In this document: positions 36,676 through 47,442 of the stretch, in pieces
How positions within the stretch are numbered: position 1 is the stretch's first letter
How the letters are laid out: every line of letters begins with the position of its first letter
Source: an uncultured Acidobacteriota bacterium
Lineage (GTDB): Bacteria; Acidobacteriota; Vicinamibacteria; Vicinamibacterales; 2-12-FULL-66-21
DNA: 64,000 nucleotides
NCBI GenBank assembly: GCA_963730995.1
Contig: CAVSUB010000005.1
Span: 67,408-131,407 of the forward strand
Direction of reading: 5' to 3'
Made by a program: the position numbers and the translations under genes
Notes under the pieces: model-generated
The model's input: the letters and a program-made list of their open reading frames with translations, nothing else
What the model was told of the DNA's origin: nothing
The model's database searches: none

Positions 36676-37821
36676 TCAGCCCTTCGCGGGCGCATAGCGC
36701 ACCGCCAGGACGGTGATGTCATCCGACTGCTTCGCACCGGCCGTGAAGTCGCCGACGTCGGCGAGCACCCGTTTGACGATGTCCGAGGCTGACCCGCCGG
36801 CCGCCAGCGCCGCCAGCAGGCGTTCCTCGCCGTAGAAATCTTCCGCCGTGTTCATCGCCTCGGACACGCCGTCGGAGAACAGTACGAATGTATCGTCCGG
36901 CTCGAGCGAGAGCGTCTCGCGTTCGACGGGGTTGAACGCCATCAGCCCCGCTGGTCGTCCCGACGAAGGACACGCGAGCCGCGGCGGCCGGCCGCGCGAG
37001 ACGATCGCGAGCTGGTGATGTCCGGCTCCCGCACACGATACGCGGCCCTGCGCCAGGTCGAACACCAGGCATTGGAGCGTGACGAACATGCCTCGCGGGT
37101 TCTGCTCGGCGAGCTCGTCGTTGAGGCGCATCAGGATCTCGTCAGGCTCGGGGATCCGCCTCGCCAACGTCCGCAGGACAGTTACGACGACAGCCATGAA
37201 GAGCGCGGCGGGAATCCCCTTCCCAGACACGTCGCCCAGGGCGACGACGATCCGGTCGTCCGACACGCGCAGGACCTCATAAAGGTCGCCGCCCACCTCA
37301 CGGGCCGGCTCGATGACCGCATGCACGTCCAGACCTGTGCCCCTCGTTGCCGCCGCGAGATCGGCGGGTAGGATGCCCATCTGGATTTCGCGCGCGATTC
37401 GCAGGTCGCGGGCCATTGCTTCGCGGACGGCATCGGCATACGCCTTGGCCTTCAGCAGCGACCGGACGCGCGCTTTGACCTCGAGCACTTCGAATGGTTT
37501 CGTCAGGTAGTCGTTCCCGCCGACCTCGAATCCGCGGGTCTTGTCCTTGACGTCTTCGAGCGAGCTCAGAAACATCACCGGCAGCTCGCGGGTCGATTCT
37601 TCTGCGCGAAGCTGGCGGCAGACCTCGTAGCCGTCGATGCCGGGCATGACGATATCAAGGAGCACGAGGTCCGGCGGGCCCTTCTCGATGCTTTGAAGGG
37701 CGGCGGCGCCGTCGAGGGCGACGCTCAGCTTGTAATCGTCGCGCAGGGCCTGCACCAGGATGTCGATATTCGTTTTCGCGTCGTCGACGATGAGTACCCG
37801 GCTCGCAGAAAGATCCTTCAT
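36676..37821 (-). CDS. Response regulator-PP2C (RsbU/SpoIIE) phosphatase
   Basis: LIVDD, LLDIVMP, YLTKPF; VGGDLY, GDVSGKG, FSDGVSEA, SDDIT. Confidence 0.93.
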   Translation of the reverse strand: MKDLSASRVLIVDDAKTNIDILVQALRDDYKLSVALDGAAALQSIEKGPPDLVLLDIVMPGIDGYEVCRQLRAEESTRELPVMFLSSLEDVKDKTRGFEVGGNDYLTKPFEVLEVKARVRSLLKAKAYADAVREAMARDLRIAREIQMGILPADLAAATRGTGLDVHAVIEPAREVGGDLYEVLRVSDDRIVVALGDVSGKGIPAALFMAVVVTVLRTLARRIPEPDEILMRLNDELAEQNPRGMFVTLQCLVFDLAQGRVSCAGAGHHQLAIVSRGRPPRLACPSSGRPAGLMAFNPVERETLSLEPDDTFVLFSDGVSEAMNTAEDFYGEERLLAALAAGGSASDIVKRVLADVGDFTAGAKQSDDITVLAVRYAPAKG

Positions 37822-37822
37822 G

Positions 37823-40800
37823 TCAGCGGCTCCCCGCAGTGGCTTCGAGCGCGCGCTCCAATTGCGCCTGGGCATCCGCGAAGGCATAGCGCTGGACACG
37901 CGCGTCGAACTCCACCCAGCTCGTCGCGTCAAACAAGGGGCGGAGGGCATCGCGATGTGCCTGGACGAACTCGACCGCCTCCGGATCCGAGTCTGACAGC
38001 AGCGTGGCGAGCTGCGCCGCCGCCTCGCGAGATCGGGCCGGGCTCGTTGGCGTCGCTGGTTGAACCGGAGCTGGCGCGTCGGGTGCGGCTGCACCGAGCG
38101 CTGTGCGAATTCCCGCCACCAGGGGTCCGAGCACGGACCCGACCTGTTGCTCGGCTCGCTTCACTTCGTCTGCGTTCGACCGATCGCGAATGGCGCGCTC
38201 GAGTACGGCCGCGGCCGGCGGAACGCTCGTCGCGCCGACGTTGCCGGCGACGCCCTTGAGCGTATGGGCCAGCCGCTCCGCGAGCGCATCGTCGCCTCTG
38301 GCGAGGGCGTCGGCGATGTTATCCAGGGCGGGGCCCTGTTGCTCGGCAAACTCGCGGAGGATCTTCACATAGAGTGTCCGGTTTCCTCCGACGCGAGCCA
38401 GGCCATCGTTCGTGTCGAGGCCGGCAATCGGCGGGATGGCTTCCTGCGGCGCCGGGCTGGACGCCTGATCGCGAGCCGGTGCGACCTCTGAGGGCTTGTA
38501 GAAGCGGCCGACAGCCTCGAACAGCGCCGCCGGATCGATCGGTTTGGCGACGTGATCGTTCATGCCAGCGGCGAAACACCGCTGGCGCTCTTCCACCGTC
38601 GCGTGCGCCGTCATCGCGATAATCGGAAGCGCCGCCAGGCGCGAATCGGAGCGCAGCCTGGCCGTCGCCTGATAGCCGTCCATCTCCGGCATCTGGAGGT
38701 CCATCAGAACGACATCGAATTGCGGTTGACCGGGGCCCGACAGCATCTCGACGGCTTCGCGGCCGTTGTTGGCGACCTTCACCGTCACGCCGGCGCCCTC
38801 GAGCAACTCGACGGCGATCTGCTGGTTGATCTCGTTGTCTTCGGTCAACAGGACTCGCGCACCGCGCAGCCGCGAGACCTGCTCGCCTTCAGCAGCGCGC
38901 AGATCCTCGCCGCCGCCGGCGAAAACGTTGACGAGCGCGTCGACGATCATGGACTTCGTCACAGGTTTCAGCAGGAAACCATCGAGCTGCAGCCGTTCGG
39001 CTTCCTCGCGCACCTCTTCGCGCCCGAATGCGGTAACCAGGACGATCGCGGGCCGATGTATGAGAGTCTCGTCGCTCTTGATGTGCCGGCTGGCCTGGAG
39101 GCCGTCCATGCCCGGCATCCGCCAGTCCATGAAGACGATGTCGTACGGATCGGTGGCGTCGCGCTGCTGGATCGCCGCAATCGCTTCCTTCCCCGACTCG
39201 ACGGCATCGACGCGACTCGCGACGGTGATCAGCGACTCCTGCAGAATCTCGCGCGCGGCGGCGTTGTCGTCGACGACGAGCACGCGGAGCCGCGCCAGCT
39301 TCTCCGGAACGATCTTTCCCGTGCCCGTCGCCGCGCCCACGCCGAGCCAGGCGGTGAAGAAGAACGTCGTCCCGGCGCCGGGCTCGCTCTCGAGCCAGAT
39401 ACGGCCGCCCATCAACTCGACGAGCCGGCGGCAAATCGTCAGGCCGAGGCCGGTGCCGCCATGCTTGCGCGTCGTCGACATGTCGGCCTGCGTGAAGGGC
39501 TGAAACAGCTTGGCCGATTGCTCGGGCGTCATGCCGATTCCCGTGTCGCGCACCGAGCCCTTGATTTGGACCTTCTCTCCGGTCCGCTCCATCAGCTCGA
39601 GGTTGAGGCGAATCTCGCCTCGCTCGGTGAACTTCACGGCGTTGTTGACGAGATTGGTCAGGATCTGCCCGAGACGCAGCGGATCGCCGAGCAGATGATC
39701 GGGGATGCCCGGCGCGACGTACGCCAGGAACTCGAGCCCCTTCTCGTGGGCTTTCTGCGCTGTCAGCGTTGTGACCGAGCTGATCACCTCGTCGAGCCTG
39801 AAATCCGTGGTCTCGATATCGAGCCGGCCAGCCTCGATCTTCGAGAAGTCGAGGATGTCGTTGATCACGGCGAGCAGGGACGTGCCGGCGTTGTGGATCT
39901 TGCTCACGTAGTCGCGCTGCTTCGTCGAGAGAGTCGTCCTGAGTGCCAGGTGCGACAGGCCGATGATGGCGTTCATCGGCGTGCGGATCTCGTGGCTCAT
40001 GTTGGCGAGGAACATCGATTTCATTTCGGTGGCTTCTTCGGCCTTGCGTTTCGCGCCGACCAGTTCCCCCGCCTGCGTCTCGAGTTGACGCGCCTGATTC
40101 TGAGTCTGCCCGAGCAGCTCCTCGGTCCGAAGGTTGCGCTGCAGGACCTCCAGGCTCATGCCGACCACCGGCAGCAGCTCGTCGAGCAAAGCCTTCTCGC
40201 GCCCGCCGAGCGGTCGGAACGATGCCACTTCGAGTACGCCGACGAGCGAATCCCCGGACATCGACGGCATGGCCGTCGCCTGCGCAGGCGCCGCCTGGCC
40301 GAGACCGGAAGTTATGCGCAGGTAGCCGGGCGGGAGATTCGGGAGCCCGAGCGTTCGACGTTCCTGCGCACATTGTCCGACCAGGCCCTCGCCGACCCGG
40401 ATGACCGTGGGCAGGTCGGCAACTTCTGCCAGGCCGTACGTCGCAACGCGCCGCAGCTCGGAAGGGCCCTCGTCGAGCACATAGAATCCGGCCACGCCGC
40501 CGCCGAGCATCGGCACCAGGTCCGACAGGAGGCGCTGGCCGAATTCGGTCAGCGATGAGGCGCCCTGCAGGATTCCCGTCACGCGTGACACGTTCGCCTT
40601 CACCCAGCGCTGTTCGTCCATTGCCAGGGCGCCCTGTTTGAGGACGTCGACCGAGCGGGCCAGCCCACCCGTTTCGTCGGTGGCGCGCGTGTACGGGACC
40701 TCTTTGTCGTATTCCCCAGCAGCAATCGCCCTGACAGCGGCGTCGAGAGCCTGAATCGGCTTCACGAGCCGCAGAAACGTGAGGAACCCCAGAAGGCCGG

Positions 40801-41398
40801 TCAACAGAATCGCCACGAAGTTCGCGACGAGGATCCGCCGTCGCGAGCCAGTGAGGGACTCGACGACCGTGCGGCTGGCGGAGTCCGCGAGGTCCTCGTT
40901 GAGCCGAATCCACTCGACGGCGGCGTTGTTCAACCGCTCACCCAGCTCCCTGGTCGACGTCTCGCGCAACATCTGACCGGCTTCTTCACGGCGTCCCGCG
41001 TCGGTCAGCGACATGATCTGCTTCGCCCGGTCCAGCCAATCCCGGTACTGACCGCGATAGTCCTTCAGCAGGCGGCGGTCCCTGTCTTCGGAGACCAGGT
41101 TGCGCTCGTACTGATCCAGCAGCCGGTCCAACTCGGCGTCGTCTTGCTCGAACGTCGAGCGGACGCTGGCACGTTCGGCCTCGCTCGCAGCGAGTACGTG
41201 ATTCCTCAGCTGCACGCGGAGGTCGGCAAGTATTCGCGAGATGTTTCCAAGCGTGGCGAGGCTGGGGACCTGCAGTTCCGCCACGAACCGGCTCCGGGTC
41301 TCGATCGTCGTCAGCTGCCACCGCGTAAAGACGCCAAGCCCTGTCAGCGCCAGGAGCGGAACGGCCAGCAGCAGGATCAGGCGTTTGGCAATCGTCAC
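37823..41398 (-). CDS. Hybrid sensor histidine kinase (4HB sensor, HAMP, GAF, HisKA, HATPase, 2xREC, Hpt)
   Basis: [27 protein letters not shown], two REC domains, AHTLKG; GTGA overlap with the upstream gene. Confidence 0.93.
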   Translation of the reverse strand: MTIAKRLILLLAVPLLALTGLGVFTRWQLTTIETRSRFVAELQVPSLATLGNISRILADLRVQLRNHVLAASEAERASVRSTFEQDDAELDRLLDQYERNLVSEDRDRRLLKDYRGQYRDWLDRAKQIMSLTDAGRREEAGQMLRETSTRELGERLNNAAVEWIRLNEDLADSASRTVVESLTGSRRRILVANFVAILLTGLLGFLTFLRLVKPIQALDAAVRAIAAGEYDKEVPYTRATDETGGLARSVDVLKQGALAMDEQRWVKANVSRVTGILQGASSLTEFGQRLLSDLVPMLGGGVAGFYVLDEGPSELRRVATYGLAEVADLPTVIRVGEGLVGQCAQERRTLGLPNLPPGYLRITSGLGQAAPAQATAMPSMSGDSLVGVLEVASFRPLGGREKALLDELLPVVGMSLEVLQRNLRTEELLGQTQNQARQLETQAGELVGAKRKAEEATEMKSMFLANMSHEIRTPMNAIIGLSHLALRTTLSTKQRDYVSKIHNAGTSLLAVINDILDFSKIEAGRLDIETTDFRLDEVISSVTTLTAQKAHEKGLEFLAYVAPGIPDHLLGDPLRLGQILTNLVNNAVKFTERGEIRLNLELMERTGEKVQIKGSVRDTGIGMTPEQSAKLFQPFTQADMSTTRKHGGTGLGLTICRRLVELMGGRIWLESEPGAGTTFFFTAWLGVGAATGTGKIVPEKLARLRVLVVDDNAAAREILQESLITVASRVDAVESGKEAIAAIQQRDATDPYDIVFMDWRMPGMDGLQASRHIKSDETLIHRPAIVLVTAFGREEVREEAERLQLDGFLLKPVTKSMIVDALVNVFAGGGEDLRAAEGEQVSRLRGARVLLTEDNEINQQIAVELLEGAGVTVKVANNGREAVEMLSGPGQPQFDVVLMDLQMPEMDGYQATARLRSDSRLAALPIIAMTAHATVEERQRCFAAGMNDHVAKPIDPAALFEAVGRFYKPSEVAPARDQASSPAPQEAIPPIAGLDTNDGLARVGGNRTLYVKILREFAEQQGPALDNIADALARGDDALAERLAHTLKGVAGNVGATSVPPAAAVLERAIRDRSNADEVKRAEQQVGSVLGPLVAGIRTALGAAAPDAPAPVQPATPTSPARSREAAAQLATLLSDSDPEAVEFVQAHRDALRPLFDATSWVEFDARVQRYAFADAQAQLERALEATAGSR

Positions 41399-41841
41399 AG
41401 GAATGTGTGTTTCTGGTCGTCGCCAGCGACTCCGGTATGGTGCAGCATCCGTTCCACGACGGCGAAGAAAAAGCCAGTGGACCAGCCGCACATCAGGATG
41501 CCGGTCAGTGCTTCAACAGCACCGACCAGCCGCCACTCCGCGGGCAGAACGAGATCTCCGTATCCGGTCGTGGTGTACGTCACGGCGCTGAAGTACAAGG
41601 CGGATGACAGGTCCGGCATCGCCTGCTTCCACTGAAAAAACAAAGCCCAGACAGTGATCTCGATGAGATGAAACATGAGAATCCATCCTGCAACGCAGAT
41701 GAACACCCACGTCCAGGGCAAGAACCGCACGGCTGGAACAGCATGCCGACGAAGCCAGTTCAAGGCCGATGAAATCCCGCTCGCGTGAATGGCCACGCAC
41801 AAGGACATCAGAGACCATGCGAGGAAGACTTTCGAGAGCAT
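41395..41841 (-). CDS. Potassium channel family protein (pore domain)
   Basis: [15 protein letters not shown] selectivity filter flanked by TM helices. Confidence 0.9.
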   Translation of the reverse strand: MLSKVFLAWSLMSLCVAIHASGISSALNWLRRHAVPAVRFLPWTWVFICVAGWILMFHLIEITVWALFFQWKQAMPDLSSALYFSAVTYTTTGYGDLVLPAEWRLVGAVEALTGILMCGWSTGFFFAVVERMLHHTGVAGDDQKHTFL

Positions 41842-41907
41842 TGGTGACACCGGCGAGACAGGGTCGGCGGCGGCCCGACTCACCTTTTACGCAGCTGCCG
41901 ACAGGCG

Positions 41908-42858
41908 TCAGTAATTCGTCCCGGCTCCGGCGTCACCAACTGGTGCGCGGATTCGATAGTGCGCCACCAGGACTGTCGCGTCGTCGGTGGCTCCTGAACT
42001 GGCGGCGAGACCCACGAGCGCGCGGCACCGGTCGTCCGGGGTGCCCGGCAAGCGGAGCGCCTCGGCGATTCGCGCGTCGTCGGCGACGTCGGTCAGCCCG
42101 TTCGTGCTCAGGAGAACGATGTCGCCGTCCACCAGGCCGCAGCGCTCGACGTCGACGCGCAGGGGTCCCGCGCCGGCCACGCCGAGCGTCTCGGTCACGA
42201 TGTGACGCTGATCCTGCGCGCTGGCGGACACGTCCACGATCGTCGCCGTGCCTGGGCGCTCGCGGTCAAGGGTGTGGTCGCGCGTCAACTGCATCAAGTG
42301 GTCGTCGCGAAACAGATACGCACGCGAATGGCCCACGTGCGCGAAGAACAGCTCGCTGCCGGCGGTGTAGACCGCGGTCATGGTCGTCTGCAGAGCCCCG
42401 GGATACCTGTTGCTGGCCTGCTGGAGTACTGAATCGACGCTCCGGTAGTAGCGCTCGGCGCGGTCCATCATCTCGTCGGCGATCGGCTCGTTGACCCTGA
42501 CGTGCCATTTGCCGAAGTCGATCGCCAATTGCACGAGCGTGGCGATGGCGAGCCGGCTGGCGAGGTCGCCAGCGCCGCCCATTCCATCGGCGACGACCAT
42601 CCCGTACCCATACTCGTCGAAGTGCCTGGGTAAGTCCCCGTCGGGGAGGCTCGTCTTGAGCATCTCCAGGTGCCTTCCCAAGCGCATGATCAGATAGTGG
42701 TCGTCGTTGACCGACCGCCCCGGGCCCTGCCGGGACAGCGCGCCGAACGCGACCTCCATGACGACCGACGGGGGTGGAGAGTCGACGGGGCTCGGCGGCA
42801 CCATCTGAACCAGTTTCGGCGGATCGCTCGAATCGTCATCCCTCATGGAATGTGTCAC
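41908..42858 (-). CDS. PP2C/PrpC-family phosphatase-like protein
   Basis: RSVNDD, VADGMGG, AHVGHSRAY, QLTRDH, LSTNGL, DDAT. Confidence 0.85.
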   Translation of the reverse strand: MTHSMRDDDSSDPPKLVQMVPPSPVDSPPPSVVMEVAFGALSRQGPGRSVNDDHYLIMRLGRHLEMLKTSLPDGDLPRHFDEYGYGMVVADGMGGAGDLASRLAIATLVQLAIDFGKWHVRVNEPIADEMMDRAERYYRSVDSVLQQASNRYPGALQTTMTAVYTAGSELFFAHVGHSRAYLFRDDHLMQLTRDHTLDRERPGTATIVDVSASAQDQRHIVTETLGVAGAGPLRVDVERCGLVDGDIVLLSTNGLTDVADDARIAEALRLPGTPDDRCRALVGLAASSGATDDATVLVAHYRIRAPVGDAGAGTNY

Positions 42859-43072
42859 CCGTCAGCCCCCCGTGGAAGGTGAATGGCCCTCGGGCGGCAT
42901 GTGCAAGGCCTGAACCGTTTTCCCCTGTCGCGAAACCCAGTTCCTTCCCTTCTCCACGTCACAGTATGCTGTGATCGCGCTGTCGATGGGGTGCCGAAAG
43001 CCGGGAAGCGGGAATCTCAATGCCACGGTGAAGAAGATCATGAAGACGCAATCGAATCGGCGTAAGTAGCCT

Positions 43073-44290
43073 ATGGACACTACGCGCCTGGACCCGCCAG
43101 AGTTGCTGAAAGGGGAAGCAGCCGACTTCTCCCTCGTCCTGGGCGGCCCGTTGTACCAACTCCTTCGCCGATCGCACCTCGCCGACGATGCCCTGGAACT
43201 GGTCCATCGCCGCATTCTCGCCGGCGTGCTGATCACGTGGCTGCCGCTGCTGCTGCTCTCAACCTGGGAGGGCCGCGCATGGCGGGGAGTCGTCGAGATC
43301 CCCTTTCTCCTGGACGCAGAAACACACGCGCGGTTTCTCCTCGCACTACCACTCCTCATCGTGGCGGAGCTCACCATCCACCTTCGCATGAGGCGCCTTC
43401 TGGCGCAGTTCGTCGCGCGCGACCTGATTCCCGAGGCCGAACGCCCCCGCGTCGACGCAGCCATCGGGGCGGCAATGCGTCTGCGGAATTCGTTGGCCGG
43501 CGAGCTTCTGCTCATTGCGGTCATCTTCGGTATCGGGATCCCCTTGCGAAGCTACCTCGCCGTAGCCGCGAGCACCTGGGCGACGGGATCGGCGGCGGGA
43601 AGCGGCTCGGGGTTCGTCAATCTGTCGCTGGCCGGCTGGTGGCAGGCGCTGGTCAGCTTGCCGATCTTCCAGTTTCTGCTCGTCCGCTGGTATTTCCGGA
43701 TGTTCATCTGGACCCGCTTTCTCTGGCAGGTGTCACGCATCAAGCTCAGGCTTGTCCCGACCCATCCCGACCGCGTGGGCGGGCTGGGATTCCTCGCGAA
43801 TGTGGTTTACGCGTTTACTCCGCTTCTCCTCGCGCACGGGGTCCTGCTCGCGGGCATGATCGCCAATCGCATCTTCTTCGACGGAGCGAAGCTCCAGCAA
43901 TTCACGGTGGAGATTATCGGCGGAGTCGGCGCACTCGTGTTCCTGGTGCTTTGTCCGCTCATGGTGTTTGCTGGCCAGCTCGCACGCGCGAAGCGGGCGG
44001 GCTTGGGCGACTACGGCGGGCTCGCGCAGCGCTACACCAGAGAGTTCGACACCAAGTGGATACGCGGCGGCGGGGACCCGGCCGAACCGCTCATTGGCAG
44101 CGCCGACATCCAATCGCTGGCCGATCTGGGCAACAGTTTCGAGGTGATCAAGACAATGCGGTTCGCGCCGTTCTCGAAGGAGACGGTCTTTCAGCTGGGG
44201 GTCATCACACTCGTCCCGCTGGCGCCACTGCTGCTGACGATGATTTCGCTCGAGGAGCTTTTGAAGCGCCTGTTGAGTGCCGTGTTCTGA
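43073..44290 (+). CDS. Multi-pass membrane protein of unknown function
   Basis: Several TM segments; FSLVLGGPLY, PTHPDRVGGLGFL, SADIQSLADL. Confidence 0.85.
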   Translation: MDTTRLDPPELLKGEAADFSLVLGGPLYQLLRRSHLADDALELVHRRILAGVLITWLPLLLLSTWEGRAWRGVVEIPFLLDAETHARFLLALPLLIVAELTIHLRMRRLLAQFVARDLIPEAERPRVDAAIGAAMRLRNSLAGELLLIAVIFGIGIPLRSYLAVAASTWATGSAAGSGSGFVNLSLAGWWQALVSLPIFQFLLVRWYFRMFIWTRFLWQVSRIKLRLVPTHPDRVGGLGFLANVVYAFTPLLLAHGVLLAGMIANRIFFDGAKLQQFTVEIIGGVGALVFLVLCPLMVFAGQLARAKRAGLGDYGGLAQRYTREFDTKWIRGGGDPAEPLIGSADIQSLADLGNSFEVIKTMRFAPFSKETVFQLGVITLVPLAPLLLTMISLEELLKRLLSAVF

Positions 44291-44297
44291 TCGATCT

Positions 44298-44849
44298 CTA
44301 CTTCTTGACTTCGAAGGAGACCAGCAGCGCCACGGTCCACATGATGTCCACCTTGTCGCCGACCTTGACCCTCTCGAGCGCCTTCCTGTCTTCTACCGGC
44401 GAACTGTAGGTCCAGTTGTTCGGGCCTGAGAAGGAAATCGACGGCACCTGCAGATCGATCGCGGTGATCGTGGCCGTGATGGTTCGCTGAGTGGACGGGC
44501 TCACGCCTGGCGTCTTTCCGGCACTGCCCGTCCCCACTGTCGTGTCCCTATCCGCCGACTTCTCGCCCGGCTTCTTCAGGCGCAGCACCACGTTCTGGTA
44601 GTACGTCGCCGTGATCTGGTCCCCGACCTTGATCTCGGAGAACCTCGTCTCACTGTCGGGGGCGACAACGTCCACGTAGTTGCCCTGGAGCAGCTTGAGG
44701 GTGACGGTGCGAGTGACGGGCTCGACGGCCTCGACCGTCGCACTGACAGTCACTGTCCGGCCGCGCATCTCCTTCGTTTGCGCCAGGCAGTGCGCAGCCA
44801 GTGGCAGGAGCAGCGCCGCCGCGATCAGTCCTGCAGACAGTCGTCTCAT
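44298..44849 (-). CDS. Secreted hypothetical protein with duplicated OB-like halves
   Basis: Signal peptide; ATVEAVE..IKVGDQI echoed by ATITAID..VKVGDKV. Confidence 0.8.
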   Translation of the reverse strand: MRRLSAGLIAAALLLPLAAHCLAQTKEMRGRTVTVSATVEAVEPVTRTVTLKLLQGNYVDVVAPDSETRFSEIKVGDQITATYYQNVVLRLKKPGEKSADRDTTVGTGSAGKTPGVSPSTQRTITATITAIDLQVPSISFSGPNNWTYSSPVEDRKALERVKVGDKVDIMWTVALLVSFEVKK

Positions 44850-45263
44850 CGGGTGTGCTCCACCATTGCGTCGCTTCCTCCACGCCGACCGACGGCGCTC
44901 CCGTCCGGGGAACCCTGATGCCGTAGTTCCGCTATGTCAACGCAAGACGACGGCCAGAATGCTGACGGGCCGTTCCGGTTGGAAATGGCCGGCTTTCCTG
45001 GGCGTGACCCTCGTGGGGGCAGCCGCTCAACGGCCGTCCATGAGCGCTGACCGCCTGCCGTGAGCGGCTCTCCACGATTGGTGGCAGTGCGGTCGAATCC
45101 GGACCGTAATTCCGGCCGGGCGCTGGCACGTGACATGGCTCGCCACTTGCTGCCACGGCGCCGAGGACCGTTGTCGAACGGCTTCAGGGCTGCGCCATGC
45201 GGCCAACGGATCCGAATGCCGGCGTCTTCGGGAGCCGGCCGAGTTTTTCGACGGAGAAGACCC

Positions 45264-46088
45264 ATGACCTTGCGACAGGGCACCGGAGTGGTGCCCCGAT
45301 CGGCTCTCGCGGCGCTGGCGGCGATCAGCATCGTCTCGTGCGGACAGAAGGAGCCGACCACCGATGCCGAACGCCTGGCCCGCGGCCGGGAGCTCGTTCA
45401 AGAAATGAGCCTGCAGCTCGCTGCGGCAAACGAGATGACCGTGTCGACGACCGAACTGCGCGACGTGGTGCGTCGCTCGGGCACGAAGGACCGCGTGTCG
45501 CTGACCGGCGTCTACACCTTACGGCGTCCCGACCGTTTTCACACGACGCTGGCCGGCGGCAAGGGGCTCGAGTCCTGGTACGACGGCAAGAAGCTGACGG
45601 TCGCCGTCCAACAGGAGAAGGTGTTCGCGCAGGCACCGATGCCGGAGAACATCGACCGCACTCTCGACGCGCTTGCGGAGCGATACGACATGGCGCTGCC
45701 ATTGGCCGATCTCTTCTACAGCAACCCCGCCAAAGCGCTGCTGTCCGACACGACGACAGGTGGTTACGCGGGCACGGAGAACGTAGGCGACACGCCCTGC
45801 CATCACCTCACGTTTCGCGACATGGGTGTCGAGTGGGAGCTCTGGCTGCCCGTGCAGGGGGAGCCACTGCCGACGCGGTTCAGGACCGTGGACAAACACC
45901 GCACCGGCCAGCCGCAGACCGAAGTGACGTTCAAGAACTGGAACCTCGCACCGCAGACGAGCGACGCCACATTCACGCCCAACGTGCCGGCGGAATACGA
46001 GGGCATCGCGATCCTGCAGCGGGCAGCTGCGGTCAAGGGCGCGACCGCGTCGCCTGCCCCCGAGCCTGCTCCTCCGGCGAAGAACTAG
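45264..46088 (+). CDS. DUF2092-like (LolA-fold) lipoprotein
   Basis: Lipobox IVSC; LRRPDR, WYDGK, PLADL, CHHLTFR, W.LW, F.NWNL. Confidence 0.8.
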   Translation: MTLRQGTGVVPRSALAALAAISIVSCGQKEPTTDAERLARGRELVQEMSLQLAAANEMTVSTTELRDVVRRSGTKDRVSLTGVYTLRRPDRFHTTLAGGKGLESWYDGKKLTVAVQQEKVFAQAPMPENIDRTLDALAERYDMALPLADLFYSNPAKALLSDTTTGGYAGTENVGDTPCHHLTFRDMGVEWELWLPVQGEPLPTRFRTVDKHRTGQPQTEVTFKNWNLAPQTSDATFTPNVPAEYEGIAILQRAAAVKGATASPAPEPAPPAKN

Positions 46089-46248
46089 TGTCGCGTCCCC
46101 GAAGTCCTGTTAACACCGAGGGCGGCGATGCGCCCGGCGCGCAAGGCGCGAGAAGGGCGCATACCGGGAGTATGCAACCGACGAGCAACGCCGCGCCCCG
46201 GGATGCAGCGCCGGCCGAATGTAACAGGACTTCGGGGACGCGACACTA
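46086..46248. mobile_element. 163-bp MITE-like element with perfect 27-bp terminal inverted repeats
   Basis: TAGTGTCGCGTCCCCGAAGTCCTGTTA (46086-46112) and its reverse complement (46222-46248); internal GCATAC-GTATGC hairpin. Confidence 0.8.
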
Positions 46249-46264
46249 AAGAAAGGACTCTCGA

Positions 46265-46978
46265 ATGAAGAAGCCACAGAGCCCGACGCGGATCGCGATC
46301 TCCGCTCTCGTAGTGGCCGGGTTCGTTACGTCGATCGGAATCGCGCAGATGTCCGCGCAGGTGCGAAGCAGCCGCCGCGGTGCAGTGGCCAAGGGTGATG
46401 ACGGGGCGGTTGCGGCCGGACCGCGTGGCGCTGCCGTCAAGGGCGAAGACGCCTACGCCGCGGCCGGACGGCGTGGCGCCGTCGTCAGCGGCGAGGAAGG
46501 GTACGCTGCCGTGGGCAAGCGCGGCAATGTGGTGACCGGCGACGACATCGACGTGGACGGGGCCGCTGTCGGCCGCCGGGGCGCCGTCGTCGTTGGCGAA
46601 GAAGGGGCAGCGGCCGTGGGCCGCTACGGCAACGCAGTGGTTGGCAACCGCTACGAGAGCTATGACGCCTGGCGAGCCGTGGCGGCCGTCGGAACCGGCA
46701 TCGCCATCGGAACGCTGCTGGCGAAGCCGCCGGCCGCCGCGACGACCGTCGTGGTGGCTGGATCCACGTATTACGTCCACGACAACGTGTACTACACCCG
46801 AGTGATGAGCGGCGGCACGGTGGCCTATCAGGTCGTCGCGCCTCCGCCAGGGTCGGTCAGCATGACGCTTCCCGCAGGGTGCACGACCGTGGATGTGGCT
46901 GGCGTGGCGCACAAGCAGTGCGGCACCACGGCCTACACGCGCGTGTCGACGGGGTACCAGGTGGTGGTCCTGAACTGA
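46265..46978 (+). CDS. Secreted Gly/Ala/Val-repeat protein
   Basis: Signal peptide; about six G(R/K/P)RG(A/N)(V/A)V.G repeats; Tyr-rich C-terminus with a Cys pair. Confidence 0.8.
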   Translation: MKKPQSPTRIAISALVVAGFVTSIGIAQMSAQVRSSRRGAVAKGDDGAVAAGPRGAAVKGEDAYAAAGRRGAVVSGEEGYAAVGKRGNVVTGDDIDVDGAAVGRRGAVVVGEEGAAAVGRYGNAVVGNRYESYDAWRAVAAVGTGIAIGTLLAKPPAAATTVVVAGSTYYVHDNVYYTRVMSGGTVAYQVVAPPPGSVSMTLPAGCTTVDVAGVAHKQCGTTAYTRVSTGYQVVVLN

Positions 46979-47442
46979 TGCCCCAGGTCGGAAGCGGGCG
47001 GCCGGCCGATCGCCAGCGATGGCGCACGCTGGTACCGGTCGCATTGCTGATGTCAGTCGCGGGCGCGCAAGTCGTCCTCACCCGAGTCTCGAGCCTGAGC
47101 CCGTGGAAGGGGGGCGGCTTCGGGATGTTCTCTACAACGGACGATGCCGGCCGTCGGAGCGTGAAGGTGTTCGTGACCGCTCCGGATCGCTCGGAAGAAA
47201 TCGCCGTGACTCCCTCGCTCGAGGACGCCGCCGCGCGTGCGGCGGTGCTGCCGAGCGACCGGCAGTTCACGCGTCTGGCCCGCCGGGTGGTGGAGCGGGA
47301 GCGCCGACATGACCGTCCCGTCGAAACCCTCCGCATCGAGACGTGGCGGATCGTCTACGCACCCGACACGCTGACGGCCACGCTCCAACTCGTGCGCGAC
47401 TCCAAATTCAGTGTGGACGCGACCGGTGCAATCCGCCAGTGA
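46978..47442 (+). CDS. Membrane-anchored hypothetical protein
   Basis: TGATG coupling; one TM followed by SPWKGGGFGMFST. Confidence 0.7.
   Translation: MPQVGSGRPADRQRWRTLVPVALLMSVAGAQVVLTRVSSLSPWKGGGFGMFSTTDDAGRRSVKVFVTAPDRSEEIAVTPSLEDAAARAAVLPSDRQFTRLARRVVERERRHDRPVETLRIETWRIVYAPDTLTATLQLVRDSKFSVDATGAIRQ

Noticed and set aside
38552-40913. Long overlapping ORFs (668 aa + and 674 aa -); similar cases at 12038, 22767 and 49301
   Set aside because: Antisense or alternate-frame shadows of well-supported genes in high-GC DNA; Arg/Pro-rich with no motifs
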